Origin: Eukaryota sp. TZLM1-RC | Taxonomy: Eukaryota; Protista; Metamonada: BaSk clade | Direction: 5' to 3' | Length of the DNA: 64,000 nt | NCBI GenBank assembly: GCA_040285825.1 | Contig: JAUPSS010000002.1 | Coordinates: 3,472,001 to 3,536,000 of the forward strand | Part shown: one piece after another, positions 25,613 to 40,462 of the stretch | Layout: each line of letters starts with the position of its first letter | Position numbering within the stretch: position 1 is the first letter of the stretch | Made by a program: the position numbers and the translations under genes | Notes under the pieces: generated by a model | Databases searched by the model: none | Told to the model about the DNA's origin: nothing | Seen by the model: the letters and a program-made list of their open reading frames with translations, nothing else

Positions 25613-28599
25613 TTAATTTTATTCTAAACCTATAAATCAACATCTAAAAAAATCCATCTCTCCCAAAACAAAAACACTAGATGCAACTCTCTCATAGTGA
25701 GATCCAAGAGAAAGCAAAGCATCAGAAACCATCTTCAACATCCCCTTAAAAATAGAAAACACAATTCTATTTTGCCAAAACAATCTGTTGAAATTTCTGC
25801 CAGTTCTTCTCTTTACAATCATTTCAAAATCATCCAAAAAACGTAAAGCAGTTGGTGCAAGTGAACCAAAAAGGGAAAATACAAATGGATACAAATTGTA
25901 TTTTTGCATGCTGTAGACTGGCCAATTTGGACAAAGGTTCATTGTATTTTTTGAATTTAAAATTTTCAGCATTTGAAAGGGGATTATGAATTTCAGAATT
26001 AACAAGCCTTTCATTTGAGGCATTACAAGGATCAACAGACATTACATCCAATAAAATAAAGCTTCCATCTAATCCAGGTAATATGACATCACCTCTATTA
26101 TTCTTATGAAAATCATTTTCAGCATCAAACAGATTTGACAACAGAGGTTCCAAGAAGGATTCAATTCTATGAGATTTACACATACAATATAACTGGTCTC
26201 TTACAGCATCATGAACCTTGCTTCTAAAAGTAATAAAATGTTTACAATTTAACAAATGAGTAGTTGTAATTTCTCGAGAACATTTACAAATTAAATTATG
26301 AGGTAAATTATCAGGCCAGATAAAGGAACGAAATCTCATATTCAGAGTCCAAGCAGAATCGGATAAGAGAGTACCATAAACTTGTGGAATTGTTGTTACT
26401 AAGGCAGAAGAAGTACTGTCACACATATCTTGTAAAAAGATTTGCAAAAGCGGGATTCTTTTTCTTGGCCAAGCCAAGTCTAACATCAAAATCCAAGCTT
26501 TCAAAAATCTTTGACAATTTTTGTTGAAGCTTTTTACAGCAAAACTGTAAATTAAATAGAGATCGGTTTGGAATTTCTTGAATTGATTGAGGAAAGCATT
26601 TGGTCCAAATTTGTGGCGGTAATTTTTCAAGTTCACAAGATAACTCATACAAATAGGGACTACAATTGGGGACTAACAGATGGGAATCATCAGGAAATCT
26701 ACGAGAAAATTCATAAATAAAATTTTTGCCACCACCCAAGAATGCTGATTGACACAAAATTGAAGATTTAGTAAATCCAATACCCCCAAATTTGCTGAAG
26801 AAAATAAATGGCTTTTCAACATTCCTGGTTCTACATCCAATAAATCAGCAAAAATTCTGTTCTCAATGAATTAAAAGAACGACAAAAATCTAATGCTATG
26901 GAAGGAGCACAAGATCTCAAAATGTGGGTTATTCTCCCAGTGTAGCAAATTTTAAGCATAAAAAATTTAATATGCTTTTCTATATCTAAAGAAGAAATTG
27001 AATCAAGTTCAATTTTCATTTTTTCCAAAATAACTTGCAATTCATTCTGAATTTGAGGCACATTTCCTAACCAACAACCAAGGAACTTAAAAGCATCACT
27101 ACTATAATTAGTAAAAGGGACAATAGAATCGTTTATCACGAGGTCTTGAGCAGAAGAGCCAATCAGAAGGCATTTGCTGGCATTAAGATGAAGCCCAATA
27201 TTTTCATATGAATCGGCAATTTCTTGAGCGACCAATTCTAGTAAATCAAATGAACCAATCAAGGATATATCATCCATATAAGCAACTATTTTTATAGAAG
27301 GGTATTTTTGCTTAATGATATTTAAAGTTTTGTGAATAGCTAAACAAAACAATAATGGACCTAAAGGGTCACCTTGCTTCACACCAGAAGATGATTTAAG
27401 AGCAAATGAATTAAAAATTAAATCTGATTCTTTACCATAAAAATGGTAGAAAAAACTCGATAGCTCAGGAAAATCAGATTTAATAACTTCAAAAATTGCT
27501 TCTCGCTTTACAGAATTAAAAGCATTTTTAAAGTCGAGATTAAAAATAAAATTATTTTCCTCTGCATTAAAAAAGGTATCAGAGGCAATAGCAGCAACAG
27601 AAGCACCATCAATTGTTTTGATTCCAAATTGATGAGGATTTAAAAAGTAGAAGCTTTGTCTTTGACACGATCGAAGACAATTGATGCCAGCAAACGAGAA
27701 AGCGATTCACCAACAGCAATTGGGCGTATTCCATCAGGTTTGATTCCGTTTCCAGGCTTTACTAAAGCAATCAGACGTGCTGCGAGCAATTCAAATGGAG
27801 GATTTATTTTCAAAACAATTAATTGTTGAAAATAGTGGGCTAGATCATCAGCAATTTCGGGAGCACTGGAACACGCTATTTTTAAGAGATCAAAAGAAAT
27901 TCCAGATGGGCCTGCTGCTTTCCCCTTAGGTAATTTTTGAATAGCTTTAAGAACCTCAATTGCAGTAATAGGATTTTCAATCCAAAAAGGACACACTTCA
28001 GGCTTGCTGCACTTGAAATTTTCTTGAGGATGCAACTTTTGGAGTTTTTCAAGGGTATCAGAGTTTACATCAGCCAAAGAAGAGGAAAACAAAGACTGCT
28101 TTGCGGCACCATAACGACCACGTAAGCACAATTTTCGGCAAATTTTTGATTTTACAATTTTTCTATTTCCAAATTTTTTCTTAAAACAATTTTTGTTTTT
28201 TCTAGCAAAATATTTCCAGAAGGATGAAATATTCCACTTATTATTCTTCAATTCAGAAGTAAAATTTCTCATTTCCATTGAGAAGGGGATTGTGCTGGCG
28301 GGACTTATTTCTACTGGGATCCGGATCGGGGGTCTTACGGTATCAACGGCTTCACAATGCGTACAAAACAGAAGTTTTCGACCATTTCGTGAATCTGCAA
28401 CATCTTTTTTGCAAAATGGACAACAAAAATTACTGTTTTCAGAAGAGGAAGAAGAGGAAACACTAGAAGCATTTAACTGTTGATCGTCAGAAACATCATT
28501 TTCAGCACCTTTCACAACGGCAACAGCTGGAACAGAACATTTGAGAATTTGTTGAGCAGATTTTAATTCAAATTCTCTTTTTTGCTTCTCAGGGCACGT
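25579..28599 (-). mobile_element. Near full-length family A copy inserted in E
   Basis: Long poly(A); CPFC..CTHC finger, RT and RLE; TSD TCTTTGAGTTTT at 25567-25578 and 28600-28611. Confidence 0.92.
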
Positions 28600-28848
28600 T
28601 CTTTGAGTTTTCCGAAAGATTTGCAGATTGGGAAGATTTATTGATGACAACGCAAAGTTCCACTGTTTTTGCATTAAATGAAGAAATTTCGAGAATTGAT
28701 GTAGAAAAATGGGGTCGATGTTTTCCCCAATCATTCAATGGCAATATTCCAGAAAAAAATGTTTTAAATTTGAAGTACACTTTTCGAACATTACAGAATA
28801 GATTGACTGGAATGTATGAAAAAGATCTTTATAATAATATTTGCAGCT

Positions 28849-30761
28849 TCCATTTTACCTTTGCTGCAAAAGCATTTTCCTGAAGTTGAGTCTTTTTTCT
28901 ATTCATTTTATGGAAAATCATCCACATTGGTCTATGAAAATTTTGACCTGCTTTCGTCTTCAGGTGTTAAACAAGGTGATCCACTTGGTCCTTTTTTCTT
29001 TTGTCTGGCAATTCATCCATTAATGTGCGAATTGAAAGAAAAGTTCCCAGAAATAGATATTGTAGCATATATGGATGACATTTCTGTAATTGCTCCTATA
29101 ACAATTCTGAAACAAATAGCAACTTTTATTCAACAGCGTTACGAAGATATTGGTCTCTCATTGAATATCTCCAAATGTTTGATTATTGGCCATGAACCAA
29201 TTGATTTTTTCATTAATGATGTCAATGTTCCCTTTATCAATTATGATCAGTCTGGTTTTCGTTTTTTGGGTTGTTATCTCGGAAATATTGATGAAGTCAA
29301 AAGCCAACTTTCGACTCTGTTGACTCAATTTGGAAATGAATTAGAATCAATAGAAAATTTAAATATTGAGAAACATTTGAAATTCTTTTTCCTCAAAATC
29401 TGTTATTCTGGAAAATTTACTCATATTTTGAGATCAACATCACCATCAATTTCCTTGGAGTTCTGTCGCATTTTTAATGAACAAAGAACTAATTTTTTAG
29501 CAAAATTATTGGAAATTGATGCATCTCAGTTACGAAGCCACATTTTTTGTGGTACAAATTTAGGTGGTGTTGATTTTCATAAGTCAAGCTACCTTTGTAA
29601 AGCTGCTTTTATTGGAGGTGGAAAGAATTTTATTTATGAATTTGTGAATCGTTTTCCTGAAAAAATTCATCTCATTGAAAATTGTGGCAGCACCTATCTT
29701 ATTTCTTTGCAACAGGAAATTGAAACTCTTTCACCCAATATTTGGGCTAAATGTTTCCCCTCTGATATTGTGGAACTTCCTTCAAGAAGCTTGCTCTCCT
29801 TACCATTGACTTTTGCAAAATTGCAGAAAAAAATTTTGAAAGTTTTAGAAAACTTGGATTATATTGTACGTCTTAGCTTGGCTAAGGAAAAAAATCCCGT
29901 TTTTGCAAACTTTTTGATTGATCTTGAAGACAGTTGCTCAAGTTGCTTAATCTCCCAAATTCCCAACATTTACGGCCTTCTACTTAATGATCACCAATGG
30001 ACCACTGCAATGAGATTGAGATGTTTTCTATGGCCTTGTTCATTGCCAAATGATTTAATTTGTCGCTGCAAGAGTGTTGTTACGCTTTCCCATATTTTAA
30101 ACTGTAAGTATTTCATAACTTATCGCTCACTTGTTCACGACTCAGTTCGTGATCAATTATATGCCATGTGCAAAAGTTTCAATATAGAGGCATTTATTGA
30201 GCCACTAGTACGTAAGCTGTCTTCAGATCAAACTGATGATTCCTTTGTTAAAAGAAGGGCAGATTTAGTAGCTCCAGGGATCGATGGTGTTCTCAATGTT
30301 GTAGACGTTGTCTCAGTGGATGTTTGCAAAAATTCTGCTGCTCGTTTAGTGTATTCCGCTGACTCGCCGTTATCTAACGCCGAAAAAAAGAAGATAAAAA
30401 AATATGAAGAACCTTTGGCACAGTTAGGTAGAGTGGAACATGTGAAATATCAGTTTGTGCCGTTTGCAATTTCTCTTTTTGGCAATATTGGACCTTCAGG
30501 CTTGCACTTTTTGGAAAATTTTAAAAAAGTGTTACTGAATAGGTCTGGTAAAACAATGAACTCCACTTTCTGGTTAAATAGAATTGTTTTTTGCATTTTC
30601 AAGTCTATTCCAACAATGATTTCAAAGGCACTTTTAGCTATTGGTGTAGAATATGAACGTAATGCTGTGAGTAGGTTCAGTAATAGTGACGCTTGTTTGG
30701 AGGATATTGAATTCTAGATGGTTATTTTTATCTCAATAAATATTCCAGTTCTTTTAAAAAA
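28849..30761 (+). mobile_element. 5'-truncated family D copy inserted in E, reading frame intact
   Basis: ORF to 30717 (YMDD, CRC..H..C, RAD, KIKKY, CLEDIEF*); TSD AATATTTGCAGCT at 28836-28848 and 30762-30774. Confidence 0.93.
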
Positions 30762-33700
30762 AATATTTGCAGCTCGGCTGTTTTAAATCAAGATCTTCAC
30801 TCATTGTTATTGGAAAAGGGTGTTTGTGAAAACAAGGCGTCAGATTCTTCACTTTTTGTAACCATTGTACCACGAAGATTTGGATTGTGTGCCACTAATG
30901 AAGCATTTGTAACAAAAATGAGATTATATTTGAACATCGCCATTAACCAATTATTATCAAATTTTTTATTTTAAAAATTTGTTATTCTGGAAAATTCACT
31001 CATATTTTAAGGTCAACTCCCCCTTCGGTATCTCTCAATTTTTGCAGATCTTTTAACAAACTTCGAGTCAAATTTTTTTCCTCATTATTGGAGGTAAATG
31101 AATCTTTAATTCGAAGTCATGTTTTTTGTTCTGCTGATTTAGGTGGAATTGGATTCACCAAATCTTCGATTCTGTGTAAAGCAGCATTTTTGGGAGGTGG
31201 TAAAAATTTTGTTTTTGAATTTTTCCAAAGGTTCCCTTTTGATGTTCATCTGATCAATGGTGAATCAAATTTTTACTTGAATCAACTTCAGATCGAATTA
31301 GATAATTTGCCCAGTGATATCTGGATTCAGTGTTTTCCTCAAAATGTTCAAGAAATTCCCACTCGATCACTTCCAAATTTACGTTTTTGCTTGAAAAAGC
31401 TTCAGCACCATCTGGTTAAATTATATGAAGGCTTGGATTATGAAGTAAGACTTGGCTTGGCCAAAACTAAAAATCCCGCTTTCGGTAATTTTTTAAAGGA
31501 TATTCGTGATAGTTCAGCTGCTGCTTTAGTAACTCAAGTTCCCTCTGTTTATGGAATTTTGTTAAAAAACAATGAATGGCTTCTAAACATGCGTTTTCGT
31601 TGTTTTCTGTGGCCAAACAATTTGCCCAATCATTTAACTTGTAAATGTGGTAAACCTCTTTTGTTTACTCATCTTTTGAACTGTAAACATTTCATTATGT
31701 TTAGAAGCAAAGTGCATAATAATAACGTCAGGGACCAAATTTATGTAATGTGCAAATCATATCGTGTAGATTCCTTTTTAGAACCGCTGTTATCAAAACT
31801 AATTCTTGATGATCCCAATATTGATAGTACGCGTTACAACAGAGCTTCTATGGGTCTGACTAGAGGTGATTTAGTTGTTCCTGGTTTAAATGGTAGTTTT
31901 ACTATTTTGGACGCCATGTCTATTGACCCTTGTAATTCCTCTTACGAACATTTCATTAACTCGGATGTAAATAATCCTCTTCTTGCAGGCGAAAAATATA
32001 AAATTGCTAAATATGCGAAACCCATTTCCTCGGTTAATGAAAATTCTCATGCCCAATATAATTTATGTCCATTTGTTTTTTCTTTGCTTGGATCTCTAGG
32101 TAAGGCTGCTATGGCTTTCCTTGAGGATTTTGTTGTAGTTGTAAAGGAAAGAACTGGAAGAATTTTCAATCGTGTTCCTGCTCAGCTTAGTCCGTTGGCT
32201 TCGATACCTTTTGCTGTTGTTCTTCGTGCCTTTACTGAAAATCTCCGTAAAGGATTATGGGATGTTACGCCTATTTGGAAATTGTTTCTGAAAAAAGATA
32301 AAAAACTTTTATCGAAAAAATCAAATTTTAAAAAAAATGTTTTTTCGAAAGAAAAATTAGTGAGAAAATTAGCTTTAAAAGGACGTTTTGGATCTGCAAA
32401 ACAATGTTTATTTTCTTCTGATTTAGCTGAATGTAATGAAAGCACATTGTTCCAATTGAATCATCTTCATCCGGAAGAAAATTTTCATTGTACTAAACCA
32501 GATTCAGTTGATTATTGGCTGCAAAATCCTGTCAATGCTTCTGAGGTATTGAAACTGATTCAGCAAATGCCTACTGGAAAAGCTCCTGGGCCATCTTTGT
32601 TGAATTTTGACATGATCAAATCAGCTGTTGGACAGTGTCCTGAAATTGCTGACGATCTTGTTCTTTTTTTCAACAATCTTCTTACGTTAAAAATTAAAGT
32701 CCCTTTTGAGATGACCAGTGCTCGCTTAATTGCCCTTAAAAAAAGTCAATCCAAAATCCGTCCAATTGCAATTGGAGAATCTTTTTCAAGAATTCTTGCG
32801 TCTCTTGTTTTCAATAGAATTGGAAAAAAAGCCAAGGAATTTTTCAGTCCGTTTCAATTTGGAATCAAGACAATTGATGGTGCTTCTTCTGCTGCTCTTT
32901 CGTCGGATGTGTTTTTTTAATTCTAGTGATTCTAATTACATCTTCAATTTAGATTTTAAGAATGCTTTCAATTCTGTATCTCGTTCTTCCATTTTACCTT
33001 TGCTGCAAAAGCATTTTCCTGAAGTTGAGTCTTTTTTCTATTCATTTTATGGAAAATCATCCACATTGGTCTATGAAAATTTTGACCTGCTTTCGTCTTC
33101 AGGTGTTAAACAAGGTGATCCACTTGGTCCTTTTTTCTTTTGTCTGGCAATTCATCCATTAATGTGCGAATTGAAAGAAAAGTTCCCAGAAATAGATATT
33201 GTAGCATATATGGATGACATTTCTGTAATTGCTCCTATAACAATTCTGAAACAAATAGCAACTTTTATTCAACAGCGTTATGAAGATATTGGTCTCTCAT
33301 TGAATATCTCCAAATGTTTGATTATTGGCCATGAACCAATTGATTTTTTCATTAATGATGTAAATGTCCCCTTTATCAATTATGATCAGTCTGGTTTTCG
33401 TTTTTTGGGTTGTTATCTCGGAAATATTGATGAAGTCAAAAGCCAACTTTCGACTCTGTTGACTCAATTTGGAAATGAATTAGAATCAATAGAAAATTTA
33501 AATATTGAGAAACATTTGAAATTCTTTTCCTCAAAATCTGTTATTCTGGAAAATTTACTCATATTTTGAGATCAACATCACCATCAATTTCCTTGGAGTT
33601 CTGTCGCATTTTTAATGAACAAAGAACTAATTTTTAGCAAAATTATTGGAAATTGATGCATCTCAGTTACGAAGCCACATTTTTTGTGGTACAAATTTAG

Positions 33701-36700
33701 GTGGTGTTGATTTTCATAAGTCAAGCTACCTTTGTAAAGCTGCTTTTATTGGAGGTGGAAAGAATTTTATTTATGAATTTGTGAATCGTTTTCCTGAAAA
33801 AATTCATCTCATTGAAAATTGTGGCAGCACCTATCTTATTTCTTTGCAACAGGAAATTGAAACTCTTTCACCCAATATTTGGGCTAAATGTTTCCCCTCT
33901 GATATTGTGGAACTTCCTTCAAGAAGCTTGCTCTCCTTACCATTGACTTTTTGCAAAATTGCAGAAAAAAATTTTGAAAGTTTTAGAAAACTTGGATTAT
34001 ATTGTACGTCTTAGCTTGGCTAAGGAAAAAAATCCCGTTTTTGCAAACTTTTTGATTGATCTTGAAGACAGTTGCTCAAGTTGCTTAATCTCCCAAATTC
34101 CCAACATTTACGGCCTTCTACTTAATGATCACCAATGGACCACTGCAATGAGATTGAGATGTTTTCTATGGCCTTGTTCATTGCCAAATGATTTAATTTG
34201 TCGCTGCAAGAGTGTTGTTACGCTTTCCCATATTTTTAAACTGTAAGTATTTCATAACTTATCGCTCACTTGTTCACGACTCAGTTCGTGATCAATTATA
34301 TGCCATGTGCAAAAGTTTCAATATAGAGGCATTTATTGAGCCACTAGTACGTAAGCTGTCTTCAGATCAAACTGATGATTCCTTTGTTAAAAGAAGGGCA
34401 GATTTAGTAGCTCCAGGGATCGATGGTGTTCTCAATGTTGTAGACGTTGTCTCAGTGGATGTTTGCAAAAATTCTGCTGCTCGTTTAGTGTATTCCGCTG
34501 ACTCGCCGTTATCTAACGCCGAAAAAAAGAAGATAAAAAAATATGAAGAACCTTTGGCACAGTTAGGTAGAGTGGAACATGTGAAATATCAGTTTGTGCC
34601 GTTTGCAATTTCTCTTTTTGGCAATATTGGACCTTCAGGCTTGCACTTTTTGGAAAATTTTAAAAAAGTGTTACTGAATAGGTCTGGTAAAACAATGAAC
34701 TCCACTTTCTGGTTAAATAGAATTGTTTTTTTGCATTTTCAAGTCTATTCCAACAATGATTTCAAAGGCACTTTTAGCTATTGGTGTAGAATATGAACGT
34801 AATGCTGTGAGTAGGTTCAGTAATAGTGACGCTTGTTTGGAGGATATTGAATTCTAGATGGTTATTTTTATCTCAATAAATATTCCAGTTCTTTTAAAAA
34901 AAATATTTGCAGCTCGGCTGTTTTAAATCAAGATCTTCACTCATTGTTATTGGAAAAGGGTGTTTGTGAAAACAAGGCGTCAGATTCTTCACTTTTTGTA
35001 ACCATTGTACCACGAAGATTTGGATTGTGTGCCACTAATGAAGCATTTGTAACAAAAATGAGATTATATTTGAACATCGCCATTAACCAATTATTATCAA
35101 ATTTTTTATTTTAAAAATTTGTTATTCTGGAAAATTCACTCATATTTTAAGGTCAACTCCCCTTCGGTATCTCTCAATTTTTGCAGATCTTTTTAACAAA
35201 CTTCGAGTCAAATTTTTTTCCTCATTATTGGAGGTAAATGAATCTTTAATTCGAAGTCATGTTTTTTGTTCTGCTGATTTAGGTGGAATTGGATTCACCA
35301 AATCTTCGATTCTGTGTAAAGCAGCATTTTTTGGGAGGTGGTAAAATTTTGTTTTTGAATTTTTGCAAAGGTTCCCTTTTGATGTTCATCTGATCAATGG
35401 TGAATCAAATTTTTACTTGAATCAACTTCAGATCGAATTAGATAATTTGCCCAGTGATATCTGGATTCAGTGTTTTCCTCAAAATGTTCAAGAAATTCCC
35501 ACTCGATCACTTCCAAATTTACGTTTTTGCTTGAAAAAGCTTCAGCACCATCTGGTTAAATTATATGAAGGCTTGGATTATGAAGTAAGACTTGGCTTGG
35601 CCAAAACTAAAAATCCCGCTTTCGGTAATTTTTTAAAGGATATTCGTGATAGTTCAGCTGCTGCTTTAGTAACTCAAGTTCCCTCTGTTTATGGAATTTT
35701 GTTAAAAAACAATGAATGGCTTCTAAACATGCGTTTTCGTTGTTTTCTGTGGCCAAACAATTTGCCCAATCATTTAACTTGTAAATGTGGTAAACCTCTT
35801 TTGTTTACTCATCTTTTGAACTGTAAACATTTCATTATGTTTAGAAGCAAAGTGCATAATAATAACGTCAGGGACCAAATTTATGTAATGTGCAAATCAT
35901 ATCGTGTAGATTCCTTTTTAGAACCGCTGTTATCAAAACTAATTCTTGATGATCCCAATATTGATAGTACGCGTTACAACAGAGCTTCTATGGGTCTGAC
36001 TAGAGGTGATTTAGTTGTTCCTGGTTTAAATGGTAGTTTTACTATTTTGGACGCCATGTCTATTGACCCTTGTAATTCCTCTTACGAACATTTCATTAAC
36101 TCGGATGTAAATAATCCTCTTCTTGCAGGCGAAAAATATAAAATTGCTAAATATGCGAAACCCATTTCCTCGGTTAATGAAAATTCTCATGCCCAATATA
36201 ATTTATGTCCATTTGTTTTTTCTTTGCTTGGATCTCTAGGTAAGGCTGCTATGGCTTTCCTTGAGGATTTTGTTGTAGTTGTAAAGGAAAGAATGGAAGA
36301 ATTTTCAATCGTGTTCCTGCTCAGCTTAGTCCGTTGGCTTCGATACCTTTTGCTGTTGTTCTTCGTGCCTTTACTGAAAATCTCCGTAAAGGATTATGGG
36401 ATGTTACGCCTATTTGGAAATTGTTTCTGAAAAAAGATAAAAAACTTTTATCGAAAAAATCAAATTTTAAAAAAAATGTTTTTTCGAAAGAAAAATTAGT
36501 GAGAAAATTAGCTTTAAAAGGACGTTTTGGATCTGCAAAACAATGTTTATTTTCTTCTGATTTAGCTGAATGTAATGAAAGCACATTGTTCCAATTGAAT
36601 CATCTTCATCCGGAAGAAAATTTTCATTGTACTAAACCAGATTCAGTTGATTATTGGCTGCAAAATCCTGTCAATGCTTCTGAGGTATTGAAACTGATTC

Positions 36701-39043
36701 AGCAAATGCCTACTGGAAAAGCTCCTGGGCCATCTTTGTTGAATTTTGACATGATCAAATCAGCTGTTGGACAGTGTCCTGAAATTGCTGACGATCTTGT
36801 TCTTTTTTTCAACAATCTTCTTACGTTAAAAATTAAAAGTCCCTTTTGAGATGACCAGTGCTCGCTTAATTGCCCTTAAAAAAAGTCAATCCAAAAATCC
36901 GTCCAATTGCAATTGGAGAATCTTTTTCAAGAATTCTTGCGTCTCTTGTTTTCAATAGAATTGGAAAAAAAAGCCAAGGAATTTTTCAGTCCGTTTCAAT
37001 TTGGAATCAAGACAATTGATGGTGCTTCTTCTGCTGCTCTTTCGTCGGATGTGTTTTTTTAATTCTAGTGATTCTAATTACATCTTCAATTTAGATTTTA
37101 AGAATGCTTTCAATTCTGTATCTCGTTCTTCCATTTTACCTTTGCTGCAAAAGCATTTTCCTGAAGTTGAGCCTTTTTTTCTATTCATTTTATGGAAAAT
37201 CATCCACATTGGTCTATGAAAATTTTGACCTGCTTTCGTCTTCAGGTGTTAAACAAGGTGATCCACTTGGTCCTTTTTTCTTTTGTCTGGCAATTCATCC
37301 ATTAATGTGCGAATTGAAAGAAAAATTCCCAGAAATAGATATTGTAGCATATATGGATGACATTTCTGTAATTGCTCCTATTACAATTCTGAAACAAATA
37401 GCAACTTTTATTCAACAGCGTTATGAAGATATTGGTCTCTCATTGAATATCTCCAAATGTTTGATTATTGGCCATGAACCAATTGATTTTTTCATTAATG
37501 ATGTAAATGTCCCCTTTATCAATTATGATCAGTCTGGTTTTCGTTTTTTGGGTTGTTATCTCGGAAATATTGATGAAGTGAAAAGCCAACTTTCGACTCT
37601 GTTGACTCAATTTGGAAATGAATTAGAATCAATAGAAAATTTAAATATTGAGAAACATTTGAAATTCTTTTTCCTCAAAATCTGTTATTCTGGAAAATTT
37701 ACTCATATTTTGAGATCAACATCACCATCAATTTCCTTGGAGTTCTGTCGCATTTTTAATGAACAAAGAACTAATTTTTTTAGCAAAATTATTGGAAATT
37801 GATGCATCTCAGTTACGAAGCCACATTTTTGTGGTACAAATTTTGGTGGTGTTGATTTTCATAAGTCAAGCTACCTTTGTAAAGCTGCCTTTATTGGAGG
37901 TGGAAAGAATTTTATTTATGAATTTGTGAATCGTTTTCCTGAAAAAATTCATCTCATTGAAAATTGTGGCAGCTCCTATCTTATTTCTTTGCAACAGGAA
38001 ATTGAAACTCTTTCACCCAATATTTGGGCTAAATGTTTCCCCTCTGATATTGTGGAACTTCCTTCAAGAAGCTTGCTCTCCTTACCATTGACTTTTGCAA
38101 AATTGCAGAAAAAAATTTTGAAAGTTTTAGAAAACTTGGATTATATTGTACGTCTTAGCTTGGCTAAGGAAAAAAATCCCGTTTTTGCAAACTTTTTGAT
38201 TGATCTTGAAGACAGTTGCTCAAGTTGCTTAATCTCCCAAATTCCCAACATTTACGGCCTTATACTTATTGATCACCAATGGACCACTGCAATGAGATTG
38301 AGATGTTTTCTATGGCCTTGCTCATTGCCAAATGATTTAATTTGTCGCTGCAAGAGTGTTGTTACGCTTTCCCATATTTTAAACTGTAAGTATTTCATAA
38401 CTTATCGCTCACTTGTTCATGACTCAGTTCGTGATCAATTATATGCCATGTGCAAAAGTTTCAATATAGAGGCATTTATTGAGCCACTAGTACGTAAGCC
38501 GTCTTCAGATCAAACTGATGATTCCTTTGGTAAAAGAAGGGCAGATTTAGTAGCTCCAGGGATCGATGGTGTTCTCAATGTTGTAGACGTTGTCTCAGTG
38601 GATGTTTGCAAAAATTCTGCTGCTCGTTTAGTGTATTCCGCTGACTCGCCGTTATCTAACGCCGAAAAATAGAAGATAAAAAAATATGAAGAACCTTTGG
38701 CACAGTTAGGTAGAGTGGAACATGTGAAATATCAGTTTGTGCCGTTTGCAATTTCTCTTTTTGGCAATATTGGACCTTCAGGCTTGCACTTTTTGGAAAA
38801 TTTTAAAAAAGTGTTACTGAATAGGTCTGGTAAAACAATGAACTCCACCTTCTGGTTAAATAGAATTGTTTTTTGCATTTTCAAGTCTATTCCAACAATG
38901 ATTTCAAAGGCACTTTTAGCTATTGGTGTAGAATATGAACGTAATGCTGTGAGTAGGTTCAGTAATAGTGACGCTTGTTTGGAGGATATTGAATTCTAGA
39001 TGGTTATTTTTATCTCAATAAATATTCCAGTTTTTAAAAAAAA
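30762..39043 (+). repeat. Tandem duplication of a 4,140-bp E/B/D composite unit
   Basis: The D-E, E-B and B-D junctions recur at an offset of ~4140. B lies at ~30957-32176 and ~35097-36315, D at 32177-34901 and 36316-39043; B resumes at ~39044-39240. Confidence 0.9.
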
Positions 39044-39565
39044 AGTTTACTGGCAAAACAGGATTGTATTTTCTATTTTTAAGGGAATGGTAACACTAAT
39101 TTCTGATTCACTATCTTCTTTTGGGAAATTTTCTGAATCTTTAGCGATTAATTGTTTTGATGTAGGGGAGGCAGGTTTTGAGGATGTGGAGTTTTAATTG
39201 TGTATTTCATATTTGTTGTTGAATAAAAATAAATAAATTAAAAATTATCAAAAGAAAAATGTATTTGTTCGAATTCACCTCAACTCACTTTGCCCCATGC
39301 TCTAAATTGCTCTAAATTGATAACTTTTCGTTCTTCATTACATGATGCTGTTAGAGACACTGTTTTCAATATGGCACAAACTGCAAGAATTTCGTGTTTT
39401 AAAGAGCCCCTGCTAAAGGAAACACTTTCTCTGAATAATTTTGGTTCTGATGATAGAGGTGATGTATACTGTGATTGGATTGTTAATTCTGAAGCTATGG
39501 TTGACTTTGTCTCATGTAATGTTGCAAATGATACTTTGGTTCACAGAAGAAAACTCAATCCTGTG

Positions 39566-40462
39566 AAACTTGGATTTTGATGTTAGACTTGGCTTGGCCA
39601 AGAAAAAGAATCCCGCTTTTGCAAATCTTTTACAAGATATGTGTGACAGTACTTCTTCTGCCTTAGTAACAACAATTCCACAAGTTTATGGTACTCTCTT
39701 ATCCGATTCTGCTTGGACTCTGAATATGAGATTTCGTTCCTTTATCTGGCCTGATAATTTACCTCATAATTTAATTTGTAAATGTTCTCGAGAAATTACA
39801 ACTACTCATTTGTTAAATTGTAAACATTTTATTACTTTTAGAAGCATGGTTCATGATGCTGTAAGAGACCAGTTATATTGTATGTGTAAATCTCATAGAA
39901 TTGAATCCTTCTTGGAACCTTTGTTGTCAAATCTGTTTGATGCTGAAAATGATTTTCATAAGAATAATAGAGGTGATGTCATATTACCTGGATTAGATGG
40001 AAGCTTCATTTTATTGGATGTAATGTCTGTTGATCCTTGTAATGCCTCAAATGAAAGGCTTGTTAATTCTGAAATTCATAATCCCCTTTCAAATGCTGAA
40101 AATTTTAAATTCAAAAAATACAATGAACCTTTGTCCAAATTGGCCAGTCTACAGCATGCAAAAATACAATTTGTATCCATTTGTATTTTCCCTTTTGGTT
40201 CACTTGCACCAACTGCTTTACGTTTTTGGATGATTTTGAAATGATTGTAAAGAGAAGAACTGGCAGAAATTTCAACAGATTGTTTTGGCAAAATAGAATT
40301 GTGTTTTCTATTTTTAAGGGGATGTTGAAGATGGTTTCTGATGCTTTGCTTTCTCTTGGATCTCACTATGAGAGAGTTGCATCTAGTGTTTTTGTTTTGG
40401 GAGAGATGGATTTTTTAGATGTTGATTTATAGGTTTAGAATAAAATTAAATTTAAAAAAAAA
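39566..40462 (+). mobile_element. 5'-truncated family A copy inserted in E
   Basis: E sequence CCTGTGA resumes as GTGACTGC after the A tail. Confidence 0.88.
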
